Assembly (NCBI GenBank): GCA_903868115.1
Contig: CAIPUA010000041.1
Coordinates: 6,377 to 70,376, forward strand
Direction: 5' to 3'
Length of the DNA stretch: 64,000 bases
DNA from: an uncultured Holophagaceae bacterium
GTDB taxonomy: Bacteria > Acidobacteriota > Holophagae > Holophagales > Holophagaceae
Shown here: piece by piece, positions 28,128-37,960 of the stretch
How the letters are laid out: each line of letters opens with the position of its first letter
Numbering within the stretch: position 1 is the stretch's first letter
The notes under the pieces: model-generated
Databases searched by the model: none
What the model was told of the DNA's origin: nothing
Seen by the model: only the letters and a program-made list of their open reading frames with translations
Made by a program: the position numbers and the translations under genes

Positions 28128-28589
28128 ATGAAGCTCAATGAACTCAAGCCCGCGGAGGGCGCCGTCAAGAATCGGAAACGCGTGGGTCGCGGCCCCGGGT
28201 CCGGCACGGGCAAGACTTCCGGAGCCGGCGAAAAGGGTCAGAAATCTCGGCGCGGTTATTCGAGCAAGCGTGGCTTTGAAGGCGGCCAGATGCCCCTTCA
28301 CCGTCGGCTTCCGAAGCGCGGATTCACGAATGTCCACGCACCTGTAACCAAGGAAATCGGACTCGCCCTTATCTCCAATAATTTCAGGGATGGTGAGACC
28401 GTTAGTCTTGAGACGTTGCGCGAACGGAAGCTCGTCAATTCCACCATCGAAAAGATCGTGGTGCTCGCCTCTGGAGAACTGCTTCTGAAGGTCACCGTGG
28501 TGGCCGATCGCATCACCAAGGGCGCGCGCGAGGCGATCACCGCCAAGGGCGGCACCATCCAGGAACTCACCCCTAAGCCCATTCAGTAA
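28128..28589 (+). CDS. rplO: 50S ribosomal protein L15
   Basis: MKLNELKPAEGAVKNRKRVGRGPGSGTGKTSG... Confidence 0.95.
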   Translation: MKLNELKPAEGAVKNRKRVGRGPGSGTGKTSGAGEKGQKSRRGYSSKRGFEGGQMPLHRRLPKRGFTNVHAPVTKEIGLALISNNFRDGETVSLETLRERKLVNSTIEKIVVLASGELLLKVTVVADRITKGAREAITAKGGTIQELTPKPIQ

Positions 28590-28602
28590 GGTCTGAATCC
28601 TG

Positions 28603-29949
28603 ATGGAACGACTCCGGCAACTCTTCTCAAATCCTGAACTGCGCAAACGCCTGCTGTTCACGCTGGTCCTGCTGGTGATCTACCGGCTCGGAGTGCACGT
28701 TTCCGTGCCCGGCGTGAACGCAGATGTGCTGGCCAAGAACCTCGGGAAAGCCGGTGATCTGCTTAATGTGGTCGATCTATTCTCGGGCGGCGCCTTCAAG
28801 AAGTTCTCCGTATTCGCGTTGGGCATCACTCCCTACATCACAGCCAGCATTGTCTTGCAGTTGATGGGCGCGGTGGTCCCGACCCTCGAGAATCTTCAAA
28901 AAAAGGAAGGCGAAGCGGGACGGCAAAAAATCAATCAGTGGACCCGCTACCTGACCGTGGGGTTGGCCTTCGTTCAGGGGTTCGGTATCGCTTCCATGGC
29001 ACAGGGACTGGGACCGGATGTGGTGGTGAATCCTGGCATGAGCTTCAAGCTCATGTGCGCTTTCACGCTCGCTACCGGCACCATCTTCGTGATGTGGATC
29101 GGTGAGCAGATTACTGAGCGCGGCGTGGGCAATGGCATCTCCCTGCTCATTTTCGCCGGCATTGTGTCGGGCCTTCCCAAGGCAGCTGAGACGCTCGGCG
29201 TAATGTTCCGTGATTCCCTCCTGCAGAAGGGGAATGTCGCCCCTCCGGGCGTGTTCTTCCTGTTGATCGCGGCCATGGTGGCGGTGCTTCTAGCAGTGGT
29301 GCTTGTTGAAAATGCCTATCGGCGAATTCCCATCCATTACGCGCGTCGGGTGGATTCCTCCAGTATGGCGAGCCAGCGCAGTTCCTATTTGCCGCTGAAG
29401 GTCAACACCGCTGGCGTGATGCCAGTCATCTTTGCCAGTTCGGTGATCTTCTTTCCGGCCACCATTGCGCAATTTACACGTTGGGAATGGCTCTCCAAGG
29501 CCGCCAGCTACATCAGCCCGCAAACCCACTTCTGGATCTACACACCGGTCTTTATTGGGGTAGTCATTTTCTTCGCCTTTTTCTACACCAGCATCGTCTT
29601 CAATCCGGATGAGACCGCCGAAAACATGAAACGCTCCGGTGGTTATATCCCGGGCATCCGTCCTGGGAAAGAAACGAGTGTGTACATGGATGGCGTCCTG
29701 TCAAAGCTCACCTTTGCGGGCGCCGTGTATCTCGCGGCGGTTTCTATCGTGCCCTTGCTTATTCTGAACAACATGCCGGGCCTGAACTTTTATTTTGGTG
29801 GCACTTCACTGCTGATCGTCGTGGGCGTGGCCATGGATACCGTCTCCCAGCTTGAGAGCTACCAGGTCATGCGCCACTACGATGGTTTTCTGGAGCAGGG
29901 CCGCGTGCACGGAAGTCGCATGGCCCGAGCGACGGGGAGGACGAAATGA
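28603..29949 (+). CDS. secY: Preprotein translocase subunit SecY
   Basis: 448 aa, 10-TM profile; ..LRKRLLFTLVLLVIYRLGVHVSVPGV..., GITPYITASIVLQLM. Confidence 0.96.
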   Translation: MERLRQLFSNPELRKRLLFTLVLLVIYRLGVHVSVPGVNADVLAKNLGKAGDLLNVVDLFSGGAFKKFSVFALGITPYITASIVLQLMGAVVPTLENLQKKEGEAGRQKINQWTRYLTVGLAFVQGFGIASMAQGLGPDVVVNPGMSFKLMCAFTLATGTIFVMWIGEQITERGVGNGISLLIFAGIVSGLPKAAETLGVMFRDSLLQKGNVAPPGVFFLLIAAMVAVLLAVVLVENAYRRIPIHYARRVDSSSMASQRSSYLPLKVNTAGVMPVIFASSVIFFPATIAQFTRWEWLSKAASYISPQTHFWIYTPVFIGVVIFFAFFYTSIVFNPDETAENMKRSGGYIPGIRPGKETSVYMDGVLSKLTFAGAVYLAAVSIVPLLILNNMPGLNFYFGGTSLLIVVGVAMDTVSQLESYQVMRHYDGFLEQGRVHGSRMARATGRTK

Positions 29950-30599
29950 TCGTCCATATCCTTCTAGGCCCTCCTGGCAGCGGGAAAGGCACCCAGGCCA
30001 AGCGTTTGGTCGACAACTTTTCCTTGGTTCACCTGTCAACGGGTGATATTCTGAGAGATGCCGTTTCAAAAGGAACGGAAATTGGCCTTCGGGCCAAGGC
30101 CATCATGGCCGCTGGAAAACTCGTGGACGACGACACAGTCAATGGTCTGGTCTTTGCGCGGCTGCAGGACGAGACCCGGAATGTGCTGTTCGATGGCTAC
30201 CCGCGCACCCTTCAACAAGCCGAAGCTCTCGGGACTTTCCTCTCCCTACAGGGCATCGAGCTGGGGCTCGTGATTGACATTGACGTTCCCGAGGAAGCAC
30301 TGGAAAACCGAGTGGTCAAACGCCGCGTCTGCAGCAACAACGCCTGCGGCGCGATCTACCACTTGGAACGCAAGCCCTCCAAAATAGATGGCGTCTGCGA
30401 TGCGTGCGGAAGTCCACTGAAGCACCGCGCTGACGACACCGCCGAGGCCTTCCAGAGCCGGATGAAGGAGTTCTACGCGACCTTCAAACCGCTCCAGGCC
30501 TTTTATCACGGCGGTCCCAGCTATCGGTTGGTGAACGGTTCCGGAATGCCGGATGACGTTTTCGCCACCGTAGTCAAGATCTTTGAGGAGCGCGCTTGA
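29946..30599 (+). CDS. adk: Adenylate kinase (Cys-containing lid)
   Basis: P-loop [13 protein letters not shown]; lid [11 protein letters not shown]...GVCDACG; overlaps the secY stop (ATGA). Confidence 0.95.
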   Translation: MIVHILLGPPGSGKGTQAKRLVDNFSLVHLSTGDILRDAVSKGTEIGLRAKAIMAAGKLVDDDTVNGLVFARLQDETRNVLFDGYPRTLQQAEALGTFLSLQGIELGLVIDIDVPEEALENRVVKRRVCSNNACGAIYHLERKPSKIDGVCDACGSPLKHRADDTAEAFQSRMKEFYATFKPLQAFYHGGPSYRLVNGSGMPDDVFATVVKIFEERA

Positions 30600-30814
30600 G
30601 CAAGGAAGAAGCCATCGAGTTGGAAGCCACGGTCGTGGAATCCCTTCCTAACGCGGTCTTCCGCGTGGAGCTCGAGAACAAGCACCAAGTGCTCGCCCAC
30701 ATCAGCGGCAAGATGCGAAAGAATTTCATCCGCATCCTCCCCGGCGACCGGGTACTCGTAGAGGTCACACCCTATGATCTGACCCGGGGCCGCATCATCT
30801 ACCGATTCAAGTAA
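30596..30814 (+). CDS. infA: Translation initiation factor IF-1
   Basis: 72 aa; TTG start overlapping the adk stop; ..[47 protein letters not shown]... Confidence 0.94.
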   Translation: MSKEEAIELEATVVESLPNAVFRVELENKHQVLAHISGKMRKNFIRILPGDRVLVEVTPYDLTRGRIIYRFK

Positions 30815-30831
30815 GCAAACGAGAGGAAACC

Positions 30832-30948
30832 ATGAAAGTACGGCCCTCTATCAAGAAGCTGTGCGAGCACTGCAAGGTGGTCCGCCGTGAAGGCATCAAT
30901 CGGATCATCTGCAAGAAAAATCCCAAGCACAAGCAGCGTCAGGGTTAA
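30832..30948 (+). CDS. rpmJ: 50S ribosomal protein L36
   Basis: Not in the ORF track (38 aa). My translation is [49 protein letters not shown] upstream. Confidence 0.93.
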   Translation: MKVRPSIKKLCEHCKVVRREGINRIICKKNPKHKQRQG

Positions 30949-30957
30949 GGAGACGAC

Positions 30958-31326
30958 ATGGCACGCATCGCAGGAATCGATCTGCCCGTCGGCAAGCGCG
31001 TTGAAATCGCGCTGACCTACATCTTCGGCATTGGCCGGGCCAAGGCCCACAGCATCCTCACTCGCGCGAAGGTCGACTTCGGGACCAAGGTACGTGACCT
31101 CACCGAAGACGAGGTTGGTCGTATCCGGCGCGTCCTCACCACCGAAGAGACGGTGGAAGGTGATCTCCGGAAGAATATCGGTCTGGATATCAAGCGCTTG
31201 ATGGATATTGGCTGCTATCGGGGCATCCGGCACCGCAAGGGGCTACCCGTTCGCGGACAACGCACTCACACCAACGCCCGTACCCGTAAGGGCAAGCGGA
31301 AGACCGTCGCCGGCAAGAAGAAGTAA
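30958..31326 (+). CDS. rpsM: 30S ribosomal protein S13
   Basis: [26 protein letters not shown]... Confidence 0.96.
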   Translation: MARIAGIDLPVGKRVEIALTYIFGIGRAKAHSILTRAKVDFGTKVRDLTEDEVGRIRRVLTTEETVEGDLRKNIGLDIKRLMDIGCYRGIRHRKGLPVRGQRTHTNARTRKGKRKTVAGKKK

Positions 31327-31340
31327 GTTGAGGATTTGAC

Positions 31341-31748
31341 ATGGCCAAGACTCAGTCCAAGACCGCCGGGAAGAAGGTGGTCAAGAAAAAAGAAAAAAAG
31401 AACGTTGCGCATGGCATCGCCCATGTGCAGGCGTCATTCAATAACACGATCATCTCGATCTCCGATCCCACGGGGAACATGCTCTGCTGGGCATCCAGTG
31501 GAAACCAGAATTTCCGGGGCACCCGCAAGGGTACGCCCTTCGCCGCCCAGATCGCGGCCGGCGTAGCCGCCGAAGCCGCCAAGGAGCACGGAGTCCGCTC
31601 GGTGGATGTTCGTGTGAAAGGGCCCGGCGCTGGCCGTGAGAGCGCGATTCGCGCCCTCAATGCAGCGGGCATTTCGGTGACTAGCATCCGCGACGTCACT
31701 CCCATCCCCCACAACGGTTGCCGGCCCCCCAAGCGGCGCCGGGTTTAA
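31341..31748 (+). CDS. rpsK: 30S ribosomal protein S11
   Basis: ..[22 protein letters not shown]...[16 protein letters not shown]. Confidence 0.96.
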   Translation: MAKTQSKTAGKKVVKKKEKKNVAHGIAHVQASFNNTIISISDPTGNMLCWASSGNQNFRGTRKGTPFAAQIAAGVAAEAAKEHGVRSVDVRVKGPGAGRESAIRALNAAGISVTSIRDVTPIPHNGCRPPKRRRV

Positions 31749-31763
31749 GAGAGGAGGAATAAC

Positions 31764-32396
31764 ATGGCACGATACTGTGACGCCGTATGCCGCCTCTGCC
31801 GCCGCGAGGCCATGAAGCTGTATCTTAAGGGTGAGCGCTGTTTCAAGGAAAAGTGTTCCTTCGAAACCCGCAAGGGTAAGATCCCCGGCCAGCACGGCGC
31901 GGGCAAAATGAGAAAGCCCACTGGTTATAGCTTGCAGCTTCGCGAAAAGCAGAAGGTCAAGCGCATCTATGGGGTACTCGAAAAGCAGTTTCGCCTCTAT
32001 TTCGAAAAGGCGGATAGCAAAAAGGGACAGACTGGGCACAACCTCCTGGCCTTCCTCGAGAGTCGCCTCGACAATGTGATCTTTCGCCTGGGCTTTTCCC
32101 CCAGTCGGGCCGCCGCACGCCAGATGGTCATGCATGGCCATATCAGGGTGAATGGCCGCCGTGTTGATATTCCGAGTTTTCAGACCAAGAGCGGCCAGAG
32201 CATCGAGCTCTCGGAGCGCGCTCAGCAGAACGACTTCGTGAAGTCCTCAGTGGAGACCGCGGCAGGTCGTGGAATCCCCAAATGGCTCACCCTCGACGCC
32301 GCCGCTTTTAAGGGCCAGGTGATCGCCGTCCCCACTCGTGAGGATGTGCCCCTGGAAATTAACGAGCAGTTGATCGTCGAGCTATACAGCAAGTGA
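31764..32396 (+). CDS. rpsD: 30S ribosomal protein S4
   Basis: [26 protein letters not shown]...; S4 RNA-binding domain. Confidence 0.96.
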   Translation: MARYCDAVCRLCRREAMKLYLKGERCFKEKCSFETRKGKIPGQHGAGKMRKPTGYSLQLREKQKVKRIYGVLEKQFRLYFEKADSKKGQTGHNLLAFLESRLDNVIFRLGFSPSRAAARQMVMHGHIRVNGRRVDIPSFQTKSGQSIELSERAQQNDFVKSSVETAAGRGIPKWLTLDAAAFKGQVIAVPTREDVPLEINEQLIVELYSK

Positions 32397-32406
32397 GGGG
32401 ACGAGG

Positions 32407-33378
32407 ATGCTGAACATCAGTGATTTCCAGCGCCCGCGATTCGCGGAAGTCAATGCTGCCACCAAGACGGATAAATTCGGCGAATTCGTCGCCTACCCAT
32501 TTGAGCGAGGGTTCGCCACGACCGTTGGCCATGCCTTGCGTCGCGTGCTGCTGAGCAGCATCTGCGGTGCCGCTGTGACCAACGTCCGCATCAAGGGTGT
32601 GCAGCACGAATTCACAACCCTTCCAGGTGTCTGGGAGGACATTACTCATATCCTCCTGAACCTAAAGGAAGTGCCTTTCACGCTCCATAATGTGGATTCC
32701 ACAGTGGTCGTCCTGCGCCACAAGGGCGAGGGTGTGGTGACGTCCGGCATGATCCAGCCCAACCAGAATCTCGAAGTGCTGGATCCAGATGTTCACATCG
32801 CCACCCTCGGTGAGGATGGCGAATTGGAGATTGAGATCCAGATCCGGACCGGTCGCGGGTTCGTGACGGCCGATCGGAACATCGACGAGAAGCTTGGGCT
32901 GGGCTGGATTCCCCTGGACTCCAACCACAGTCCCGTCAGTCGCGTGAATTATATCGTCGAGCCTGCCCGCGTGGGGCATAGCACGGACTATGAAAAACTC
33001 ACGCTGCAAGTGTGGACCAACGCTACCGTGGACCCCAAGGACGCAGTCAGCGATGCCGCCCTGGTCCTCCGCGAGCACTTCATGATTTTCGCCCGCGAGG
33101 ACGAGGATGTTGTCGATGCCGAGCCGGGCATGACGATCCTCAGTACCGAAAATGTCAACAACATGCTGGGTAAGTCTGTCGAAGAGCTTGAGCTATCCGT
33201 ACGGGCGAACAACTGCCTGCGGAACGCGAACATCGCCACCATTGGCGAACTCGTGCAGAAGACGGAAGCCGAATTGATGAAGACCAAGAATTTCGGTAAG
33301 AAGTCTCTGCAGGAAATCAAGGACGAGCTGACGCGCATCGGGCTCTCCCTCGGAATGCGCATCGAACAGGAAGTCTAA
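32407..33378 (+). CDS. rpoA: DNA-directed RNA polymerase alpha subunit
   Basis: 323 aa; ..[17 protein letters not shown]...; C-terminal domain [23 protein letters not shown]. Confidence 0.96.
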   Translation: MLNISDFQRPRFAEVNAATKTDKFGEFVAYPFERGFATTVGHALRRVLLSSICGAAVTNVRIKGVQHEFTTLPGVWEDITHILLNLKEVPFTLHNVDSTVVVLRHKGEGVVTSGMIQPNQNLEVLDPDVHIATLGEDGELEIEIQIRTGRGFVTADRNIDEKLGLGWIPLDSNHSPVSRVNYIVEPARVGHSTDYEKLTLQVWTNATVDPKDAVSDAALVLREHFMIFAREDEDVVDAEPGMTILSTENVNNMLGKSVEELELSVRANNCLRNANIATIGELVQKTEAELMKTKNFGKKSLQEIKDELTRIGLSLGMRIEQEV

Positions 33379-33390
33379 GGAGTCGCCACC

Positions 33391-33789
33391 ATGCGTCACA
33401 ATGTTGCAGGCAAGCGCCTGAGCCGAAATACCAACCAGCGCAAAGCGCTCATGAAGAACCTCGCGACCTCGCTCCTTCAGCATGAGCGCATCTCGACGAC
33501 GCTCGTGAAGGCTAAAGAGCTGCGTCGCTATGTGGAGCCCTTTATCACGCTCGCGAAGAACGACTCTGTGGCCAATCGCCGTTTGGCCATGGCCCGCCTC
33601 GGCTCCAAGACCGTGGTGCAGAAGCTCTTCTCGACTGAGTTCCGGGCGCGCTTCAGCGCACGCCCCGGCGGCTACACCCGCATTCTTAAGACCGCCCATC
33701 GTCTCGGAGACGCGGCTGACATGGCCCTCATCGAACTGGTGGACTACACGCTCCCTGAGCCCAAGTCCGCAGAGGAAAGCGCGGAGTAG
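33391..33789 (+). CDS. rplQ: 50S ribosomal protein L17
   Basis: [45 protein letters not shown]... Confidence 0.96.
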   Translation: MRHNVAGKRLSRNTNQRKALMKNLATSLLQHERISTTLVKAKELRRYVEPFITLAKNDSVANRRLAMARLGSKTVVQKLFSTEFRARFSARPGGYTRILKTAHRLGDAADMALIELVDYTLPEPKSAEESAE

Positions 33790-33804
33790 GTTGGCCCACG
33801 ATAA

Positions 33805-33838
33805 CTGAAGAAGCGCCCCGCAAGGGGCGCTTCTTCAG
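33805..33838. terminator. Bidirectional rho-independent terminator between rplQ and purA
   Basis: CTGAAGAAGCGCCCC-GCAA-GGGGCGCTTCTTCAG, a perfect 15-bp stem between convergent genes. Confidence 0.85.
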
Positions 33839-33851
33839 TTGAGGGGCAAAT

Positions 33852-35162
33852 TTAGATCAACCCTGTCAGGAAATGTTCGGGCCAGACGAAGCCTTCCTCC
33901 CGGTCCGGACCTGTGCTGAGGTAGGCAATGGGGGCTTCAGCGGCGTCCGAGAGGGCGGCCAGGTAACTCCGGGCCTCGGCGGGAAGCTGGTCGAAATTGC
34001 GGACGCCTCGGGTCGGTTGGCTCCAGCCCTTGAACATTTTGATCTCGGGCTGAAGCTCAAGCCAATCCTGGGCACAGGAAGGCAGTTGGGAGACTCGGCC
34101 ACCCATGCCATCGCGATAGCCGACGACGAGGCCGATTTCGTCAAAGCCGTCGAGCACATCCAGTTTCATGACGCCGAGGCCGTCCACGCCATTGGTGCGC
34201 ACGGCGTGGCGCGTGATGGGCGCGTCGAACCAGCCGCATCGACGCGGTCGGCCGGTGGTTGTGCCAAATTCTCGGCCTACGCTGCGCAGGCGGTCTCCTG
34301 TGGCATCCAGGAGTTCGGAAGGCATCGGCCCAGCTCCTACCCGGGTGGTGTAGGCCTTGGCAACGCCAAGCACATGGCCGAGTGCCTTGTGAGAAAGTCC
34401 CGTTCCGGCAAAGAGACCACCGATGCTGCAGTTGGAACTGGTGACGAAGGGATAGGTGCCGTGGTCGATATCCAACAGGGTCGCCTGGGCGCCTTCGAAC
34501 AAGATGGGCTCGCCCTTGGCGTTGGCATTCCACAAGTGAGTCTGCGTGTCTCCGATGAGCGAAAGTAAAGGCTTGGCATAATCCATCAGTTGGGCGGTGA
34601 TGGTTTCGATGCTGGGGAGAGGGGCGGCGGAGCCCAACAGAATGCGCACCTCTTCATAACCTGTGCTGATTCGCTCAATCAGGGTTTCAGGATGTTTCAG
34701 GTCGCCCATGCGAACGCCCATGCGAGCGGCCTTCATTTCGTAGGCAGGGCCGATCCCCCGTCCCGTTGTGCCGATCTTATTGGTGCCAGCACTGCCTTCA
34801 CGCCATTGATCCAGGGCGATGTGGTGGGGAAGAATCAGATGAGCCTTTTCAGAGATCAACATGCGACCAAAGACGCTGACGCCGCGCTGTGTCAGGAGAT
34901 CGAGTTCCTGACGGAAGACCTCCAGATTGAGTAGCACCCCGGAACCGACGACAAGAAAGCACTCGGGATGAAGGGCGCCGCTGGGAACTTGATGAAGCGC
35001 GATACTCTGGCCATCGACCACGACTGTGTGACCCGCGTTGTTGCCACCTTGGAAACGGACCACATGGCGGAAGCGGGCGCTCAGGAGATCAACGAGCTTG
35101 CCTTTGCCCTCGTCTCCCCATTGCAGTCCGAGGATGGCAAGGTTCCTAGAACGGTCGGTCAT
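33852..35162 (-). CDS. purA: Adenylosuccinate synthase
   Basis: 436 aa; LGLQWGDEGKGKLVDLL, GGNNAGHTV, TTGRGIGPAYE, GTTTGRPRRCGWFD. Confidence 0.96.
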   Translation of the reverse strand: MTDRSRNLAILGLQWGDEGKGKLVDLLSARFRHVVRFQGGNNAGHTVVVDGQSIALHQVPSGALHPECFLVVGSGVLLNLEVFRQELDLLTQRGVSVFGRMLISEKAHLILPHHIALDQWREGSAGTNKIGTTGRGIGPAYEMKAARMGVRMGDLKHPETLIERISTGYEEVRILLGSAAPLPSIETITAQLMDYAKPLLSLIGDTQTHLWNANAKGEPILFEGAQATLLDIDHGTYPFVTSSNCSIGGLFAGTGLSHKALGHVLGVAKAYTTRVGAGPMPSELLDATGDRLRSVGREFGTTTGRPRRCGWFDAPITRHAVRTNGVDGLGVMKLDVLDGFDEIGLVVGYRDGMGGRVSQLPSCAQDWLELQPEIKMFKGWSQPTRGVRNFDQLPAEARSYLAALSDAAEAPIAYLSTGPDREEGFVWPEHFLTGLI

Positions 35163-35302
35163 AACGGGCTCCCAGCCCTAAAGACTACAACCGGGCTCGG
35201 TTCCTTCCCACTCGCAATTGCCGCTTTGGGACACAGGTAGGAGTTCAACTCCGGTATCTCTGGGTTGGCGGAACCGGCTAATACCTGGACGGGGTCCTTA
35301 GG

Positions 35303-35343
35303 GATGGCGCTACCCTTATACCAGCTTGGGCAGTGGCGCCATC
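35303..35343. promoter_or_regulatory. Inverted repeat in the purA/clpC divergent region (possible operator or 5'-UTR hairpin of clpC)
   Basis: GATGGCGC (35303-35310) ... GCGCCATC (35336-35343), extendable to 11 bp with one mismatch. The loop contains CTTATACC. It lies 37 nt upstream of the clpC GTG. Confidence 0.3.
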
Positions 35344-35379
35344 TTGGAGTCTCGCTCGAGGTGGAGACCCGGGGGATTC

Positions 35380-37836
35380 GTGTTCGAAAAGTTCACCGAG
35401 AAAGCCCGACGCGTGATGTTTTTCGCGCGCTACGAGGCCAGCCAGTTCGGTTCAGAGAGCATCGGCAGCGGCCATCTGCTCCTGGGCCTGCTCCGCGAGG
35501 CCGAAAAAACATCCACCGGTCTGTTGGAGCGCATGGGCGTCCAGACGAGCCTGCTCCGCGAGCGCCTCATCACCGCCCTCACCCCCCGGGACAAGAAGAT
35601 CACCCCAAGTTCCACCAGCATCGACATCCCCATGGAAGAGGAGGTCAAGCGCATTCTTCAGCATGCAGCCAATGAGAGCGCCAAGCTGAACCACAAGCAT
35701 GTCGGGGCTGAGCACCTGCTGCTCGGGATGCTGAAGGAGGAACAGAGCCTTGCGGGTCGGCTATTGAAGGACATGGGGGCCGATCTCATCGCGGCCAAGG
35801 AAATTCTCCTCGACGCCACCAAGGAAGAAAAAATATCGAAAAAGAAGAAGGAACACCCGCTTCTCTCCGAGTTCGCTCGCAACCTCTCGGAACTGGCGGA
35901 GCGCGGGATCTTCGACAACCTGATTGGCCGTGAGTTGGAGATCGAGCGCATCATCCAGATCCTCAGTCGGCGCCGAAAGAACAACCCGATTCTGCTGGGC
36001 GAGGCGGGTGTGGGCAAGACGGCCATCGTCGAGGGCTTGGCCCAGCGCATCCACGAAGGCAATGTGCCGCCGAGTCTTATGGACAAGCGGATCTACGCGC
36101 TGGACCTCAGCCTAGTTGTGGCGGGGACCAAGTATCGCGGCCAATTCGAGGAACGCCTCAAATCGATCATCCAGGAGGCCTCCAAAGACACCTCCGTGGT
36201 GCTCTTCATCGACGAGATCCACAGCATTATCGGCACCGGTGCAGCCGAAGGGAGTCTGGATGCCGCCAATATCCTGAAGCCTGCCTTGAGTCGAGGGGAG
36301 ATTCAGTGCATCGGGGCCACGACCCATAAGGAGTTCGCCAAGTACATCGATAAGGACCGTTCGCTCGTGCGGCGTTTTCAGCCGGTGAATGTGAACCCGC
36401 CTGACGAGGCGGAAAGCCTCCGGATTCTCGAGGGCATTCGCAGCCGCTACGAACTTTTTCACCGGGTCCGCTATGCCCAGGCGACCCTGGAGGCCTCGGT
36501 CTATCTTTCGAATCGCTACATCACGGACCGTTTCCTTCCGGATAAGGCCATCGATCTGCTGGACGAGGCGGGGGCACGCGTAAAACTGCGGGTGGGACCC
36601 AGCGGAGGCGAGTCAAACCGGCTCGAGGAGGAGTTGCACCGGGTCATCAACGAGATGAACGAGGCCGTTCTGAACCGCGACTTCGAGCGGGCCGTGCTGC
36701 TGCGCCAGAAAGAGGTTCAGCTTCGGGAGAAGACCCAGAGTTCACCCCAGGATCCCAGCGAGGAGGACTACGAAAAGTTCGCCCTCGTCACCGAACAGGA
36801 TGTCGAAGATGTGGTGGCCTCCTGGACGGGCATCCCCGTGAAGGCCCTCAAGAATGAGGACAAAGCGAATCTTTCCCACATGGAGGATCGCCTCAATGAT
36901 CGGGTCATCGGGCAGCAGGAGGCGGTATCGGCGGTGAGTCGGGCCGTGCGTCGGGCTCGCACAGGCCTAAAAAACCCCAATCGCCCCATGGGCAGCTTTC
37001 TCTTCCTGGGCCCCACGGGTGTCGGCAAGACAGAACTGGCCAAGACCCTCGCAGGCTTCCTGTTTGGGGATTTAAAGAAGATGATCCGCTTCGATATGAG
37101 TGAGTTCATGGAGAAGCATGAGGTCTCGAAACTCCTCGGCGCACCTCCCGGCTATGTGGGCTACGAGGAAGGTGGCCTGCTCACGGATCGGGTACGGCGC
37201 AACCCTTATTGTGTGTTGCTCTTCGACGAGGTGGAAAAGGCCCATCCCGACCTGATAAACATCCTGCTCCAGATCTTCGACGATGGCATCGCCACGGACG
37301 CCTTCGGTAATGTCGTGGATTTCAAGAACACCCTGATCATCATGACCTCCAATGTCGGGAGCCGGGAACTGCTCTCGGACAAAACCCTGGGCTTTGTGGA
37401 GCAGGACCATCGGCCGGACGCCAAGGCCGGGGACGCCATGAAGGTTCTGAAGCGCACCTTCTCCCCCGAGTTTCTGAACCGCATCGATGAAATCGTGGTT
37501 TTCGGGCGCCTAGGGGACGAGGAACTCCGAAAGATCGTCCGCCTCCTGATCGGGGACCTCAATGTGACTCTCCAGAAACACAAACTGGTGGTGGATCTGT
37601 CGGACGCGGCGGTGGATTTCATCGTGAAGACCACGGCCAGGGACAGGTCTTACGGGGCTCGGCCCCTGCGCCGCGCCATCCAAAAGCAGGTGGAGGATCC
37701 CTTGGCCGAACTCATGGTGGCCCAGTCCAATGTCCCGGCGGGCAACGTGTTTTTCGATATGGCCGAAGATCACCTCCTCCCGACCTTCACGCCCCAGTCG
37801 GACCCTGAACCCGCATTTGTGGGTGCTCCCAAATGA
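35380..37836 (+). CDS. clpC: ATP-dependent Clp protease ATP-binding subunit ClpC-type (class I AAA+)
   Basis: GTG 35380 gives (M)FEKFTEKARRVMFFARYEA... Two Clp_N repeats. Walker A GEAGVGKTA and GPTGVGKTE. UVR-like linker LEEELHRVINEMNEAVLNRDFERAVLLRQKE. Confidence 0.9.
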   Translation: MFEKFTEKARRVMFFARYEASQFGSESIGSGHLLLGLLREAEKTSTGLLERMGVQTSLLRERLITALTPRDKKITPSSTSIDIPMEEEVKRILQHAANESAKLNHKHVGAEHLLLGMLKEEQSLAGRLLKDMGADLIAAKEILLDATKEEKISKKKKEHPLLSEFARNLSELAERGIFDNLIGRELEIERIIQILSRRRKNNPILLGEAGVGKTAIVEGLAQRIHEGNVPPSLMDKRIYALDLSLVVAGTKYRGQFEERLKSIIQEASKDTSVVLFIDEIHSIIGTGAAEGSLDAANILKPALSRGEIQCIGATTHKEFAKYIDKDRSLVRRFQPVNVNPPDEAESLRILEGIRSRYELFHRVRYAQATLEASVYLSNRYITDRFLPDKAIDLLDEAGARVKLRVGPSGGESNRLEEELHRVINEMNEAVLNRDFERAVLLRQKEVQLREKTQSSPQDPSEEDYEKFALVTEQDVEDVVASWTGIPVKALKNEDKANLSHMEDRLNDRVIGQQEAVSAVSRAVRRARTGLKNPNRPMGSFLFLGPTGVGKTELAKTLAGFLFGDLKKMIRFDMSEFMEKHEVSKLLGAPPGYVGYEEGGLLTDRVRRNPYCVLLFDEVEKAHPDLINILLQIFDDGIATDAFGNVVDFKNTLIIMTSNVGSRELLSDKTLGFVEQDHRPDAKAGDAMKVLKRTFSPEFLNRIDEIVVFGRLGDEELRKIVRLLIGDLNVTLQKHKLVVDLSDAAVDFIVKTTARDRSYGARPLRRAIQKQVEDPLAELMVAQSNVPAGNVFFDMAEDHLLPTFTPQSDPEPAFVGAPK

Positions 37837-37960
37837 AGCTTTCTCTGGGGTGGTGAACCCTTTTGATGGGGAACGCACCTAGAATGAATGAGCGAAGCGC
37901 CTCCCTCATGCGGGGGTACGTGACTTCCTGACGAACGAACCCCCTGTCTATGGATTCTGA

